From contig CAVIJE010000004.1 of NCBI GenBank assembly GCA_963643355.1, positions 1 through 60,681 on the forward strand: DNA of 60,681 nt, in the 5' to 3' direction. The notes under the pieces are model-generated. The model made no database searches. It had not been told where the DNA came from and saw only the letters and a program-made list of their open reading frames with translations. Of this stretch, positions 36,470-46,012 are shown in pieces. Within the stretch, counting starts at the first letter, position 1; each line of letters begins with the position of its first letter. The stretch comes from Sodaliphilus sp. (GTDB taxonomy: Bacteria > Bacillota_I > Bacilli_A > RFN20 > CAG-826). A program made the position numbers and the translations under genes.

Positions 36470-37082
36470 TTTCTTTTATTCTATGAAGGTCCTGAATTGT
36501 TTGCCAAAGTTGTTTCTTAGCTAATGGTTTAACGTTGCTTTTTTCTTTATTGAGGATGAATTTATCTAATTTTGATAAGGGGAGAATAGTGACATTTGAT
36601 TGATATTTGTCGTTTCCAACTAACTCGCAATCATCGTTAATTAAGGCTATCCCCACAAGGAAGTCTTTTGAGATGCCAGTCGAGGCGGATAGAGATTTAA
36701 CCGTATGTTCTACTACTTCATATGGGTTCGCTATATTCATTTGAACATTATCTTTTTTATAGATTTTTGATAGGGGCTGGCCTTGAGTTATCTCCCACCC
36801 TCCATCAATATAATAATCAATGATAACGTAGATGAATTTATCTCCTCCGATAAGATGGTCAATCATGAAAATCTGCGATCCATCAATATCCATTGAAAAA
36901 GAATTGATAAGATAGTAATCGTTTATTTTGACCACATGATCGACGTGATGAAAATAAATCTCTTTGTATCTCTTAGAAAGCAAGAATTTACGTATTGGGC
37001 GATAAAGTATCCATGCGATAAGAGAGCCAAAAACGATAATTACTGCAATAATGTATATAGTAAGTCTTACTTCGTATGGCAT
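36441..37082 (-). CDS. Membrane-anchored NERD-like domain protein
   Basis: 213 aa with an N-terminal TM. It has a NERD-like core (IDHLIGGDKFIYVIIDYYIDGGW...NPYEVVEH), but the usual E.K catalytic pair is not evident. Confidence 0.5.
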   Translation of the reverse strand: MPYEVRLTIYIIAVIIVFGSLIAWILYRPIRKFLLSKRYKEIYFHHVDHVVKINDYYLINSFSMDIDGSQIFMIDHLIGGDKFIYVIIDYYIDGGWEITQGQPLSKIYKKDNVQMNIANPYEVVEHTVKSLSASTGISKDFLVGIALINDDCELVGNDKYQSNVTILPLSKLDKFILNKEKSNVKPLAKKQLWQTIQDLHRIKENVQTRKNAK

Positions 37083-37801
37083 GCATTAAATTTCATTGCG
37101 ACATCAAGAGCGACTTTAACCATGTTATCTAATCCTTCTTGACGTTCTTGGGAGGTAAGGATTTGTTTGAAACAGAAGGAATCGGAAACGGTGCAAATAG
37201 CTAAAGCTTTCTTATTGAGTTTAGCGGCGGTAGCATAAAGCGCATAAGCCTCCATTTCAACCCCTAAAACGCCAAGAGCTTGCCACTTCTTCCAAGTTTC
37301 AGGGTTTGAGCCATAGAATACGTCGGAAGAAAGAATATTGCCAACATGCATAGGGAATGAATTCTTTCTTGCTGAATCAACGGCCCAAGAAAGCATCTCA
37401 TAATCGGAAATAGCGGAGAATGTTCCACCTTTTAGGTCATATTCGCCCATCCAATTGCTATTAGTGCAAGCACCTTGTCCAATAAGGATGTCCTTTAATT
37501 TGATGTTTTCTTGATAAGCGCCAATCGTGCCAATACGGATAATCGCCTCAACTCCATAGTTAGCGAAAAGCTCATGGGAATAAATTCCAATAGATGGCAT
37601 ACCCATGCCTGAAGCCATAACGGAAATCAAAGAGCCATCTGGTGCTTTGCCAGTAAAGCCTAAAATTCCCCTAACGGCATTTACGAGTTTAACGTCTTTA
37701 AGAAATGTATTAGCAATCCATTCTGCTCTTTTTGGATCGCCTGGCATTAATACTATTTTGGCGAAATCGCCTTCTTTTGCTTCAATATGTGGTGTGGCCA
37801 T
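37067..37801 (-). CDS. deoD: Purine nucleoside phosphorylase DeoD-type
   Basis: 244 aa with MATPHI...GDPKRAEWIA and EMEAYALY. Confidence 0.95.
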   Translation of the reverse strand: MATPHIEAKEGDFAKIVLMPGDPKRAEWIANTFLKDVKLVNAVRGILGFTGKAPDGSLISVMASGMGMPSIGIYSHELFANYGVEAIIRIGTIGAYQENIKLKDILIGQGACTNSNWMGEYDLKGGTFSAISDYEMLSWAVDSARKNSFPMHVGNILSSDVFYGSNPETWKKWQALGVLGVEMEAYALYATAAKLNKKALAICTVSDSFCFKQILTSQERQEGLDNMVKVALDVAMKFNACHTK

Positions 37802-37880
37802 AATAAAAATCTCCTTTGCAATTTATTTACTAAAGTAATTTTAAATGCAAAAGGAGAAAATGTTAATAAAGGAATGGAGA

Positions 37881-38747
37881 TTATTTGTTTTCTTCGTTTT
37901 CGGCGGCTTGGGAATCGATAGTTAAGGTCATCGCCTCGGTAAATGTCCTAAGAAGTGTATCAGGATTGACGGGGGTGAATTCTCCTTGAATGGCAAGAGC
38001 GATACGACCGGTTTCTTCGGAAACGACGATCGTTACTGCGTCAGAGTTTTCAGAGATACCTAAAGCGGCTTGGTGACGGGCGCCATATTTGCCAGTTAAG
38101 GCCTGTCTAGTTGATTGAAAGAAGACGGAGGCACGAGCAATCTTGTCATCTTTAATAACAACAGCTCCATCATGAAGGCGTGTTCCTTCGTAGAATATCG
38201 TTTCTAAAAGTTCGGCCTTTATTGGAGAATTAAGTTCAACTCCCATTTGTTTGATGACCGATCCCATTTTTGAAGAATCTAAGATATCATCGTTTTTCAT
38301 AACGGTAATCAAAGCCCCACATTTGACTTTAGACATATCAATGACGGCTTTGCAAATTTCAGAATACGCTTCTTCACGATCAAATATCGTTTCTGGCTTA
38401 ACGGTTTTCACTCTTTTTTTGAAAAACTTAGAAAAATCGAGTTTCAAATTGAAATTATCAACAAGCCCGCGAAGCTCAAGTTGGTAAATGACAAAATAAC
38501 AAATAATAAAGACAATAAGAGCAATTGAGCTAGCTAAAACCATGATCCACATGCCAAAAGCGGCTGGTACCATTATGCATATTTCTAAAATTAGAACGAT
38601 AGTCCAAAGCCAATATTTCTTTTTCGTAAGTTTAAAAACAACGAGGTCAAGAAAGAGGAATAAAAGAACGCCGAACACAAACGAGCAGATTCCTGCCGCT
38701 GATTCAAAATCATAACCTGCCAATGGATATGAAGAACTTAAGAACAT
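37881..38747 (-). CDS. cdaA: Diadenylate cyclase CdaA
   Basis: 288 aa with three N-terminal TM helices. The DAC domain has HDGAVVI, GARHQAALGISE and VVSEETGRI. Confidence 0.9.
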   Translation of the reverse strand: MFLSSSYPLAGYDFESAAGICSFVFGVLLFLFLDLVVFKLTKKKYWLWTIVLILEICIMVPAAFGMWIMVLASSIALIVFIICYFVIYQLELRGLVDNFNLKLDFSKFFKKRVKTVKPETIFDREEAYSEICKAVIDMSKVKCGALITVMKNDDILDSSKMGSVIKQMGVELNSPIKAELLETIFYEGTRLHDGAVVIKDDKIARASVFFQSTRQALTGKYGARHQAALGISENSDAVTIVVSEETGRIALAIQGEFTPVNPDTLLRTFTEAMTLTIDSQAAENEENK

Positions 38748-38919
38748 CTTTTTTCACCTCTACGACTATATGCGACTCTCTATTAGTCATTAATAATATA
38801 ACAACAAATTTTACATTTAAAAGAAAAAACGCAAAAAAACTTGCTTTTTTAGATGTTTTTATCGTTTTTAAAATTTTAAATTGACACACGTCCCCCGTCT
38901 TTTTAATCATCCTTATTTT

Positions 38920-39033
38920 TTCAAAAATCCATTGTGAAAACCCCTTCTTTTTGATTTTCGCGGCTATTTGTCGTCGTAAATGGTTTTTCTTTGTTATTTT
39001 TCCGAATTTCAAAAAATCATTGCTAAAACCCAC
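38920..39033 (-). repeat. Two copies of a dispersed ~25-nt intergenic motif (GGGTTTT-N5-6-GGATTTTTGAA)
   Basis: Minus-strand reads are GGGGTTTTCACAATGGATTTTTGAA (38944-38920) and GTGGGTTTTAGCAATGATTTTTTGAA (39033-39008). Related copies lie at 52-76(+), 25208-25231(-) and 48910-48935(+), with a weak one at 60548-60580(-). Confidence 0.6.
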
Positions 39034-39162
39034 GTTAATTTTATTCTTTGATCTTTTTTAAGGGCTTTTACACATCTGTGCGTTAAGTTGATTTTCGTCC
39101 AAAAGACTTATGGTGCACTTCTACAGCGTTATTTATTATTCGAATTGGCTTTCAATCGTGTT

Positions 39163-39864
39163 CTATTTTGCATTACGTATCTTCTTTACGTTGGCATTCA
39201 TTAGATGACGTCCGATATTACGATAGATAAACGCTTTGAACCGCGACATTTCTTGACCATGCTCCAGTAATAATTCATCTGGACTGTCATATACGCCAAA
39301 ATCTTGATTGATTCCTTCGCTTTGAATATAAGTGTTGTTACGATTAAAATCTATTACAGGATGAGAAAAATCTTTCACTGCTACGCCATATCCGCAAAAT
39401 GCACCGACACAATCTTTGTTTGCATTTTGAAGTTTTTCTAAATAAAGCTTATCTAAAATAAACGCTTCAAGCTCATACCAAGTCCCATCTAAATAAACTT
39501 CCACCCAACTATGAAATACGTTTTTTGGAGCTAGTTTATATACAATTCCCGTCATCGCTCCTTTTTGCAATTTCTTATCGATTGTGAAGCCGTGAATTCG
39601 GCAAGGTATTCCGCAACCACGTAACAAAGCCATAAATAACGTTCCTTTGGTGTTGCATTGTCCATATCCGTCTTTAAGAACCTTCGAGGCAGAAATGCCA
39701 TCGTCAGTGTTATAGCCAAAAAGTATTTCATCGCGAACATAGTTATAAATCGACTGGATACGTTCGAATTCATTAAGAGAAAGCCAACCGCGTTTAGTGA
39801 TCAAGTCTTGTATAGACGGAACGGAGAAATTTAACATCGGCGTTTCTTTTAAGTATCTTTCCAT
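39163..39864 (-). CDS. Transglutaminase-like cysteine protease-fold protein
   Basis: 233 aa with GYGQCNTKGTLFMALLRGCGIPCR...HSWVEVYLDGTWYELE, a Cys-His-Asp/Glu core. Confidence 0.85.
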   Translation of the reverse strand: MERYLKETPMLNFSVPSIQDLITKRGWLSLNEFERIQSIYNYVRDEILFGYNTDDGISASKVLKDGYGQCNTKGTLFMALLRGCGIPCRIHGFTIDKKLQKGAMTGIVYKLAPKNVFHSWVEVYLDGTWYELEAFILDKLYLEKLQNANKDCVGAFCGYGVAVKDFSHPVIDFNRNNTYIQSEGINQDFGVYDSPDELLLEHGQEMSRFKAFIYRNIGRHLMNANVKKIRNAK

Positions 39865-40061
39865 ATTCTAATGTCTTCCTTTAGAAATATTATTTATGAA
39901 CAAATTCGATTAGACAATATATTTAGGCTTTCAAATATAAGGTTGTTTTTAAATTATATGGATTATTTACAACCGTTTTCCGGCCATAGAAATGTAAACG
40001 CTTTCGGTAAATAGGTCAAAAAATATCGATTTGTTTAAAAATGCAATGTTTCTGTAAAATT

Positions 40062-40090
40062 TTTGCAATTTTTAAGCGCTTTCAATATGT
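40062..40090 (+). promoter_or_regulatory. GH3 operon promoter with embedded TTAAGCGCTTTCAA operator
   Basis: TTGCAA (40062-40067), 17 nt, TATGTA (40085-40090). The spacer contains the 14-mer at 40071-40084. A second cre-like site, ATGTAAACGCTTTCG, lies at 39992-40006. Confidence 0.45.
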
Positions 40091-40123
40091 AATAATAAAC
40101 ACTGTCTTTTAGGAGAATAAATA

Positions 40124-43100
40124 ATGAACGAGAAGAAACAAAAGAAAACGCGCATTGTTCTTTGGGTGCTAACTGGCACTTTTGCGACTTTAGCCGCCAC
40201 ATTTGGCGTTGCTTTAGGCGTAACGGATAACTTTGCAAACGTCATCAACAAGGCTTTAGGTTGCGAAGACGCAGCTAACAAGCAAATTGAAATCGGAGAT
40301 TCGAGCAAATACGATTCCACTTATTTCAAAAGCGATTATAAGAGCGCCGAAGAACTTCAAGAGGCCGATAAGAAAATCGCTGAAGAGCTCACAGAAGAGG
40401 GAAGCGTTCTTCTTAAAAACGAAAATAACGCACTCCCTATTGCAAAAACAGCCAAGGTCACATTACTTGGACACTCTAGCTGCAACACTTTAGTTTGCGG
40501 TACAGGTTCTGCCGATATCAACGCGGATGGTGCCCCTACTCTTAAAGAAACATTAACTAAAAGAGGGGTTTCCGTTAATGAAACGGTTTGGAACTATTAC
40601 GTTGGCGAAATCAACAATTACCAAACGAATCCTAAAAAAGGCGACAACTCTATCCGTGGAGGCGATGGAGGAGTTAAAGGATCTTATACAGTTAATGAGA
40701 TTCCTTATGCCACCCTTACTGCTGCTAGCGGCGTTGAAGCATCTTTTGATGAATATAACGATGCGGCAATCATCGTCGTTTCCCGTTTAGGTGGCGAAAT
40801 GTATGATTTACCTGCTGATGTTGAACATCAAGGAAACGCTTCCGAAACAGAAAACGGCAGCGGAAACTCCCTTGAATTAACAATCAATGAAAAAGAATTG
40901 ATTGAAAAGGCAAAAACGAGATTTAACAAAGTTATCGTTTTAATTAACTCTGCCAACCCTCTTGAATGCGATTTCCTTACCGCCGGAAATTCTAAAGTCG
41001 ATGCGGCTCTTTGGATTGGCTATACTGGCTTACAAGGTCTTGAAGGAGTCGCTGACCTTCTTGTTGGAAATGTCTCCCCATCAGGAAGATTGGTTGATAC
41101 CTATTGCAACGACAATACCACCGCTCCAAGCATGCAAAACTTCTATTCAGCCGAATGGAGCAACTCTGGCGATGATAAATATAAAAACGACATGGTTTTC
41201 AACTCTCTTGACGGAAACAAATACTATAACGCCTATCAAGAAGGCATCTATGTCGGATATAGATATTACGAAACAAGATATGAAGATGTTGTCTTTGGAA
41301 AAGACGGTGTTGGATCATATGATTATTTATCCGATGTCGCCTATCCATTCGGTTATGGCTTAAGCTACACCGAATTTGAATATGGCACTCCTACATATAA
41401 ATTTGATAGCAAGAAAGACGAAATCATTGTAACCGTTGACGTTAAAAACGTTGGTGAAGCAAAAGGCAAAGAGGTCGTTGAAGTCTATTTCCAAAGCGAA
41501 TATACCGATTATGACAAGCAAAACGGCATCGAAAAGTCCGCAGTAGAGCTTTGTGGTTTTGCTAAAACAAAAGAATTGGCAAAAAATGAGAGCGAGAAAG
41601 TGACAATCAGCGTTCCTAGAAGCGAATTTGTAACTTACGACGCAAAAGGCAAGGGAACATATATCCTTGATGCCGGAAACTATTACCTTTCCGTTGGAAG
41701 AAATTCGCACGACGCCTTAAATAACATCATTGCTAAAAAAGGCAGTGGCAATAAATCCTTAATGAAAGGAATCAATGGCGAAAATGCCGAGGGCGATTCC
41801 TCCTACGTCTACACCTTCAATCAAGAAACGATTGATGATGAAACATATTCAATCGGAAAAGATGGCGAAAAGATCACCAATCAATTCGATGAAGGAAGTC
41901 TTTCTTACTATGGCAAAGAAGATATGACCTATCTTTCTAGAAGCAATTGGGTTTCAACATGGCCAAGCAAAGTCGAAATTGCCTTAAACGATAAACTCCA
42001 CGATGAGATGACTGGCATCAAAGAATACGTGAAAACCACCGTTGAAGGAGAAACTCTCCCAACAATGGGCGCACAAAACGGAAAAACATTGATCAATCTC
42101 AAAGGCAAATCATACGATGATCCTGAATGGGATGAATTACTTGATCAACTCACATACGATGAAATGTGCAATATGATTGGCTTAGGATACCATGGCATCC
42201 AATCTGTTGCTTCAGTTAGCATGCCAAAAACCAAAGATGAGAATGGTCCTCAAGGCTTCTCTGGAAAACTTACTGATATCTCTGGCAATTCCAAGACCAT
42301 GTGCGCTTACACCGATGAAAACATCATGGGCGCGACATGGAACGTCGAGCTCATGGAAGAGGTTGGCAAGCACATTGGCGAAGACGGCCTTGCCTTAGGA
42401 TATTCTGGCTTATATGGCCCAGCCATGAATACGCATAGAAGCGCCTATAGTGGAAGAAACTTCGAATATTATTCTGAAGATGGCTTCTTAGCTGGTAAAA
42501 TCGCTGCCGCAGAGACAAAAGGCATCCAATCTAAAGGTGTCTATGTCTTTGTTAAACACTTCGCCTTAAACGACGAAGAAACGAATTGCCGTTCCATTTC
42601 CACATTCGCAAACGAGCAATCAATCAGAGAAATCTATCTCAAGCCATTCCAAATCGCTATAACCGAGGGCGGAGCTCATAACGTTATGACGGCCTTCTCA
42701 AGAGTTGGCGTTGTTTGGTCTAGTGCTCATAAAGGCTTAATGACGAATGTCCTTCGTAACGAATGGGGATTAGATGGATTTGCTGTTTCCGATTATACGA
42801 CAAGTGGCGCGGCAACAAGTGTCCACGATAGAAGCACCTATGATCCATATTTAGCAGTCATCGCCGGGACCGACACATTCGATTCCTCAGCCAAGACTTC
42901 TCAATACAAGTTCCTCGTAGCTCTTGATTATCAAAATGACCCTCATTTCGTCTTAGCGATGAGAGAATCTTGCAAACGTATCTTATACACGGTTGGCAAT
43001 TCCAACGCCATGAACGGAGTCACTCCTACAACAATCATGATTCGCGTTATGACTTGGTGGCAAATGGCCCTTGTTGATGGAATCATCTATAGCGGAATCA

Positions 43101-43192
43101 TCGCCCTCACCTTAGGAACGATAGTTACCGTAAAGCAAATCAAAAACGCCAAAAGAAAAAAAGCTTCTTCAAATGAAAGCGAGGATAAATAA
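40124..43192 (+). CDS. GH3 beta-glucosidase/xylosidase-like enzyme, circularly permuted domain order, TM at both ends
   Basis: 1022 aa. GH3 C-domain motifs come first (LLKNENNALPI, PSGRLVDTY, FGYGLSYTEF), then an Fn3-like segment. The catalytic TIM-domain motifs come last (KHFALNDEETNCR, GFAVSDY). Hydrophobic helices sit at the N- and C-termini. Confidence 0.85.
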   Translation: MNEKKQKKTRIVLWVLTGTFATLAATFGVALGVTDNFANVINKALGCEDAANKQIEIGDSSKYDSTYFKSDYKSAEELQEADKKIAEELTEEGSVLLKNENNALPIAKTAKVTLLGHSSCNTLVCGTGSADINADGAPTLKETLTKRGVSVNETVWNYYVGEINNYQTNPKKGDNSIRGGDGGVKGSYTVNEIPYATLTAASGVEASFDEYNDAAIIVVSRLGGEMYDLPADVEHQGNASETENGSGNSLELTINEKELIEKAKTRFNKVIVLINSANPLECDFLTAGNSKVDAALWIGYTGLQGLEGVADLLVGNVSPSGRLVDTYCNDNTTAPSMQNFYSAEWSNSGDDKYKNDMVFNSLDGNKYYNAYQEGIYVGYRYYETRYEDVVFGKDGVGSYDYLSDVAYPFGYGLSYTEFEYGTPTYKFDSKKDEIIVTVDVKNVGEAKGKEVVEVYFQSEYTDYDKQNGIEKSAVELCGFAKTKELAKNESEKVTISVPRSEFVTYDAKGKGTYILDAGNYYLSVGRNSHDALNNIIAKKGSGNKSLMKGINGENAEGDSSYVYTFNQETIDDETYSIGKDGEKITNQFDEGSLSYYGKEDMTYLSRSNWVSTWPSKVEIALNDKLHDEMTGIKEYVKTTVEGETLPTMGAQNGKTLINLKGKSYDDPEWDELLDQLTYDEMCNMIGLGYHGIQSVASVSMPKTKDENGPQGFSGKLTDISGNSKTMCAYTDENIMGATWNVELMEEVGKHIGEDGLALGYSGLYGPAMNTHRSAYSGRNFEYYSEDGFLAGKIAAAETKGIQSKGVYVFVKHFALNDEETNCRSISTFANEQSIREIYLKPFQIAITEGGAHNVMTAFSRVGVVWSSAHKGLMTNVLRNEWGLDGFAVSDYTTSGAATSVHDRSTYDPYLAVIAGTDTFDSSAKTSQYKFLVALDYQNDPHFVLAMRESCKRILYTVGNSNAMNGVTPTTIMIRVMTWWQMALVDGIIYSGIIALTLGTIVTVKQIKNAKRKKASSNESEDK

Positions 43193-43194
43193 AC

Positions 43195-45714
43195 ATGAAT
43201 AAGAAAAGATTATTAGTTATTGGAACTAGCACCCTTCTTAGCTTAGGCTTGCTTACTTCTTGCGATTATTCAGATTTCTCTTTGTTTGGCTTCTTCTATA
43301 AAATGTATGTTGATGGCCAAACGAAGAAGACAGATGGTGGGGCAAATTCTTCTTCAAGCGAAAATTCCTCTCAAGATGACAGCGAAGTTTTCATTCCTCA
43401 AACATATCTTGTTACCTCATCTAAGAATGCAGAGAATGGCAAAATTGATAGATATGAACTTCTTTGTATCCTTTCTGAAAGCAAGGTCGCGTTAAATGTC
43501 TATGAGAAATTCACTCCAACGACGGGTGATTCTTACACCAACACATCCTTTGCATCCTTGACCGGATATACACGTAATGAAAACGTCATAACCCTTGATT
43601 TTGGGCCTATGGCTTATACAGATCGAACAGATACGGCAAACGTAACTTATTATCGTGGAGATGACGAAACAACATCCAAAGAGGCCTTTAACAAAGCCTT
43701 TAACACGGAAACTCCTTCTTTCTCCTTAAACGAAAACGGCACGTTTGCTCTTGGTACTCAATCAAGTGGCAATTTAGCTAAAGGCTTAAGCAACGCCACA
43801 ACATATTGGTATAGCGAATTTAGTTCTCGTCCTTCCTATTACATGCTCACCCTTTTAGATGATAGTTCTTATTATCTAAATACCTTCTGCATGGATTCAA
43901 AGAACGATAAGATGCCTGTTTCCGCTTTCGTTACTTCCGGAACATATAAATCCTATAACGAATATAGTACCGATGAATATGATGCCGTAAGAATCAACAG
44001 AGGCAGAGGCCATATGTTTGCTAATAACAACGGCTCTAACATGGAATTTGACATCAACAACGATGACAATTTCAATCAATGGCTTGGAATGTCTATTGGC
44101 AATGTTCGTGCCTATAAAGTCAGCAAAGTTGGCTTTAAAGGGCTTTTAGGCCAAGTCAATCCATATGGTTTTGAGGCATTCGAAAAAGATTTCATTAATG
44201 ATGACGACCCAAAAGATGTTGACCCAACAGAAGGCGCAATGCTCATTCTTGATGGTGAGAAAAACGCCTCGATAAAATTAGCCTTCTTCAATGACGGAAC
44301 ATATCATTTCGTTTGGAAAGAAAATAACATTGATGAGAAGGGCAATTGGACATACGATGCCGAATCAGATGTTTTAACCCTTAGTGCAACAAAATCAGAC
44401 GAAACAATTCGTCAAAACGTCTCTGTTTCAGAAGAAGATGGCAGCTATAGCATCTCCTATATCTCGGCCATTAGCGAGCAATTGACTCAAAATTTCGTTA
44501 TCTCAAACGCTGATTTCACAAATTGCTTCAAAGTTACCACCGTTGCTTCCTTCAAGGGCGATAAGAACGCCGAAATCGGCTTAGCTCTTTATTCTGATGG
44601 CTCTTACCATTTCACATGGGACAAGTATTCAGTTGATGATAAAGGCGATTGGAGCTATGACTCTAATAAAGACGAGCTCACTCTCAAAGTCGGTGACGTC
44701 GAAACTTGCAAATCAGTTTACGATAATGGTAATTATGTGCTTAACGTCATTCTTGGAAACAAGGGTGGATTAACTCAAACCTATACCATCAATAAGGAAG
44801 TTTGGGGTAAGACCTTTGTCCACGCCACAAAGACCTTAAAAGGCGAAAAGATGGGAGAAAATTGCACTCTCACATTCAATTCTAACGGAACTTTCAACTT
44901 CTTCTTCCAAGTTTCCTATAATGGAAATACCTCCACAGTCAAAGAAGATGGAGAATTCGAAAGAAACGATGATGGATTGATCACTTTGAACGTTGGCGAG
45001 CAAACAGTTGCCACCGCTTCAAAAGAAGATGATGGCCGCTATAAATTCGCTTATGTCTATTCAAAGAGCAGCCAATGCAGCCAAGACTTCATAATGGACG
45101 AGCATACCTATAAGGAAACCTTCTCCATTGAAGATGTCACCATCAAAGGAGAAAAGGCCCCAGAAAAAGTTAATCTCAAGCTTAACCGCGACCACACTTA
45201 CTCCTTCAATTACAATTTCACCGGTTCTTGGCAAAGTGAAGTTGGCGGATGGAAATACGATGCTGAAAACGATGAGATCATTCTTACATATTCTTCTGAA
45301 CACACAAACGTCTTCTCTAAGCAAGAAGATGGTTCATATAAGATGAATTACATCGCTGGAATTTCTTCTCAATTAACACAAGAATTTGTTCTTAGCGCCG
45401 ATGATACTTCCTTCTTAGGTACCACTCTTCTAAGTGTCGAGAAGAATAATGCTTCAGGAACTCAATTTGGCTTCATCTTCTACTCTAACCACTCCTACTC
45501 ATTCCATTTCTATAACTATGGCGTGTCTGAATATGGAAGCTGGTCTTATGATTCAAGCTCTGCCAAATTCACGTTTGCTTGCCTTAATACAATCAATGAA
45601 GCAAGCAAAGCGGAAGATGGAAGCTACACCTTCAACTATATCTCGAATAGATCGTCTCAAATGACTCAAGAGTTCACGATCAGTGCCGCTGATATAGCCA
45701 AAGTAATCGCCTAA
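43195..45714 (+). CDS. Repeat-rich surface lipoprotein, candidate glycan-binding partner of GH3
   Basis: 839 aa with lipobox LTSC. It starts 2 nt after the GH3 stop. The C-terminal 60% consists of five ~98-aa repeats. Confidence 0.8.
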   Translation: MNKKRLLVIGTSTLLSLGLLTSCDYSDFSLFGFFYKMYVDGQTKKTDGGANSSSSENSSQDDSEVFIPQTYLVTSSKNAENGKIDRYELLCILSESKVALNVYEKFTPTTGDSYTNTSFASLTGYTRNENVITLDFGPMAYTDRTDTANVTYYRGDDETTSKEAFNKAFNTETPSFSLNENGTFALGTQSSGNLAKGLSNATTYWYSEFSSRPSYYMLTLLDDSSYYLNTFCMDSKNDKMPVSAFVTSGTYKSYNEYSTDEYDAVRINRGRGHMFANNNGSNMEFDINNDDNFNQWLGMSIGNVRAYKVSKVGFKGLLGQVNPYGFEAFEKDFINDDDPKDVDPTEGAMLILDGEKNASIKLAFFNDGTYHFVWKENNIDEKGNWTYDAESDVLTLSATKSDETIRQNVSVSEEDGSYSISYISAISEQLTQNFVISNADFTNCFKVTTVASFKGDKNAEIGLALYSDGSYHFTWDKYSVDDKGDWSYDSNKDELTLKVGDVETCKSVYDNGNYVLNVILGNKGGLTQTYTINKEVWGKTFVHATKTLKGEKMGENCTLTFNSNGTFNFFFQVSYNGNTSTVKEDGEFERNDDGLITLNVGEQTVATASKEDDGRYKFAYVYSKSSQCSQDFIMDEHTYKETFSIEDVTIKGEKAPEKVNLKLNRDHTYSFNYNFTGSWQSEVGGWKYDAENDEIILTYSSEHTNVFSKQEDGSYKMNYIAGISSQLTQEFVLSADDTSFLGTTLLSVEKNNASGTQFGFIFYSNHSYSFHFYNYGVSEYGSWSYDSSSAKFTFACLNTINEASKAEDGSYTFNYISNRSSQMTQEFTISAADIAKVIA
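44230..45711 (+). repeat. Five tandem ~294-nt coding repeats within the lipoprotein gene
   Basis: Each module has DG[ST]YHF.W....GxWxYD....LTL, then EDGSY...YI...S.QLTQ.F. Confidence 0.75.
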
Positions 45715-45730
45715 GCAACCGATAAAATTA

Positions 45731-45762
45731 GTTAGCACGTTAAACGCGTGCTAACTTTTTTA
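45731..45762 (+). terminator. Terminator of the GH3-lipoprotein operon
   Basis: GTTAGCACG-ttaaacg-CGTGCTAAC, then TTTTTTT. Confidence 0.85.
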
Positions 45763-45879
45763 TTTTGCCACTACCGATTATTTGTATCCCATCATCGTAA
45801 CAGATAATTTTAGGTCATTCTTTTGGCCAAAATAATAAAAAACCTCCTAAGTTTAGAACTCAAGAGGGAAGAATCAAAA

Positions 45880-45953
45880 TGGAGCACCTGGCGGGAATCG
45901 AACCCGTATAGCTAGCTTGGGAAGCTAGTGTTCTACCACTGAACTACAGATGC
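45880..45953 (-). tRNA. tRNA-Gly (CCC)
   Basis: 74 nt, GCATCTG...CAGGTGC-TCCA. The anticodon stem is CTAGC/GCTAG with loop TTCCCAA. Confidence 0.9.
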
Positions 45954-46012
45954 AAGTCAAAAGACTCTAATAATTATAACTAGAGTCTTTATTTTGTTGA
46001 ATAGTTTTTTCT

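Noticed and set aside
38910-39033. The dispersed motif begins GTTTTAG..., and one copy (GTTTTAGCAATGATTTTTTGAAATTCGGAAAAATAAC) superficially resembles a type II CRISPR repeat. Two copies lie ~89 bp apart.
   Set aside because: Only the first ~22 nt are shared between copies. The spacing is irregular, the copies are scattered in both orientations across 60 kb, and no cas genes are present. This is not a CRISPR array.
38710-39033. 107-aa minus-strand ORF upstream of cdaA.
   Set aside because: It has no ATG or RBS context. It overlaps the cdaA start and promoter, its composition is lysine-rich and low-complexity, and it is built partly from the intergenic repeat copies.
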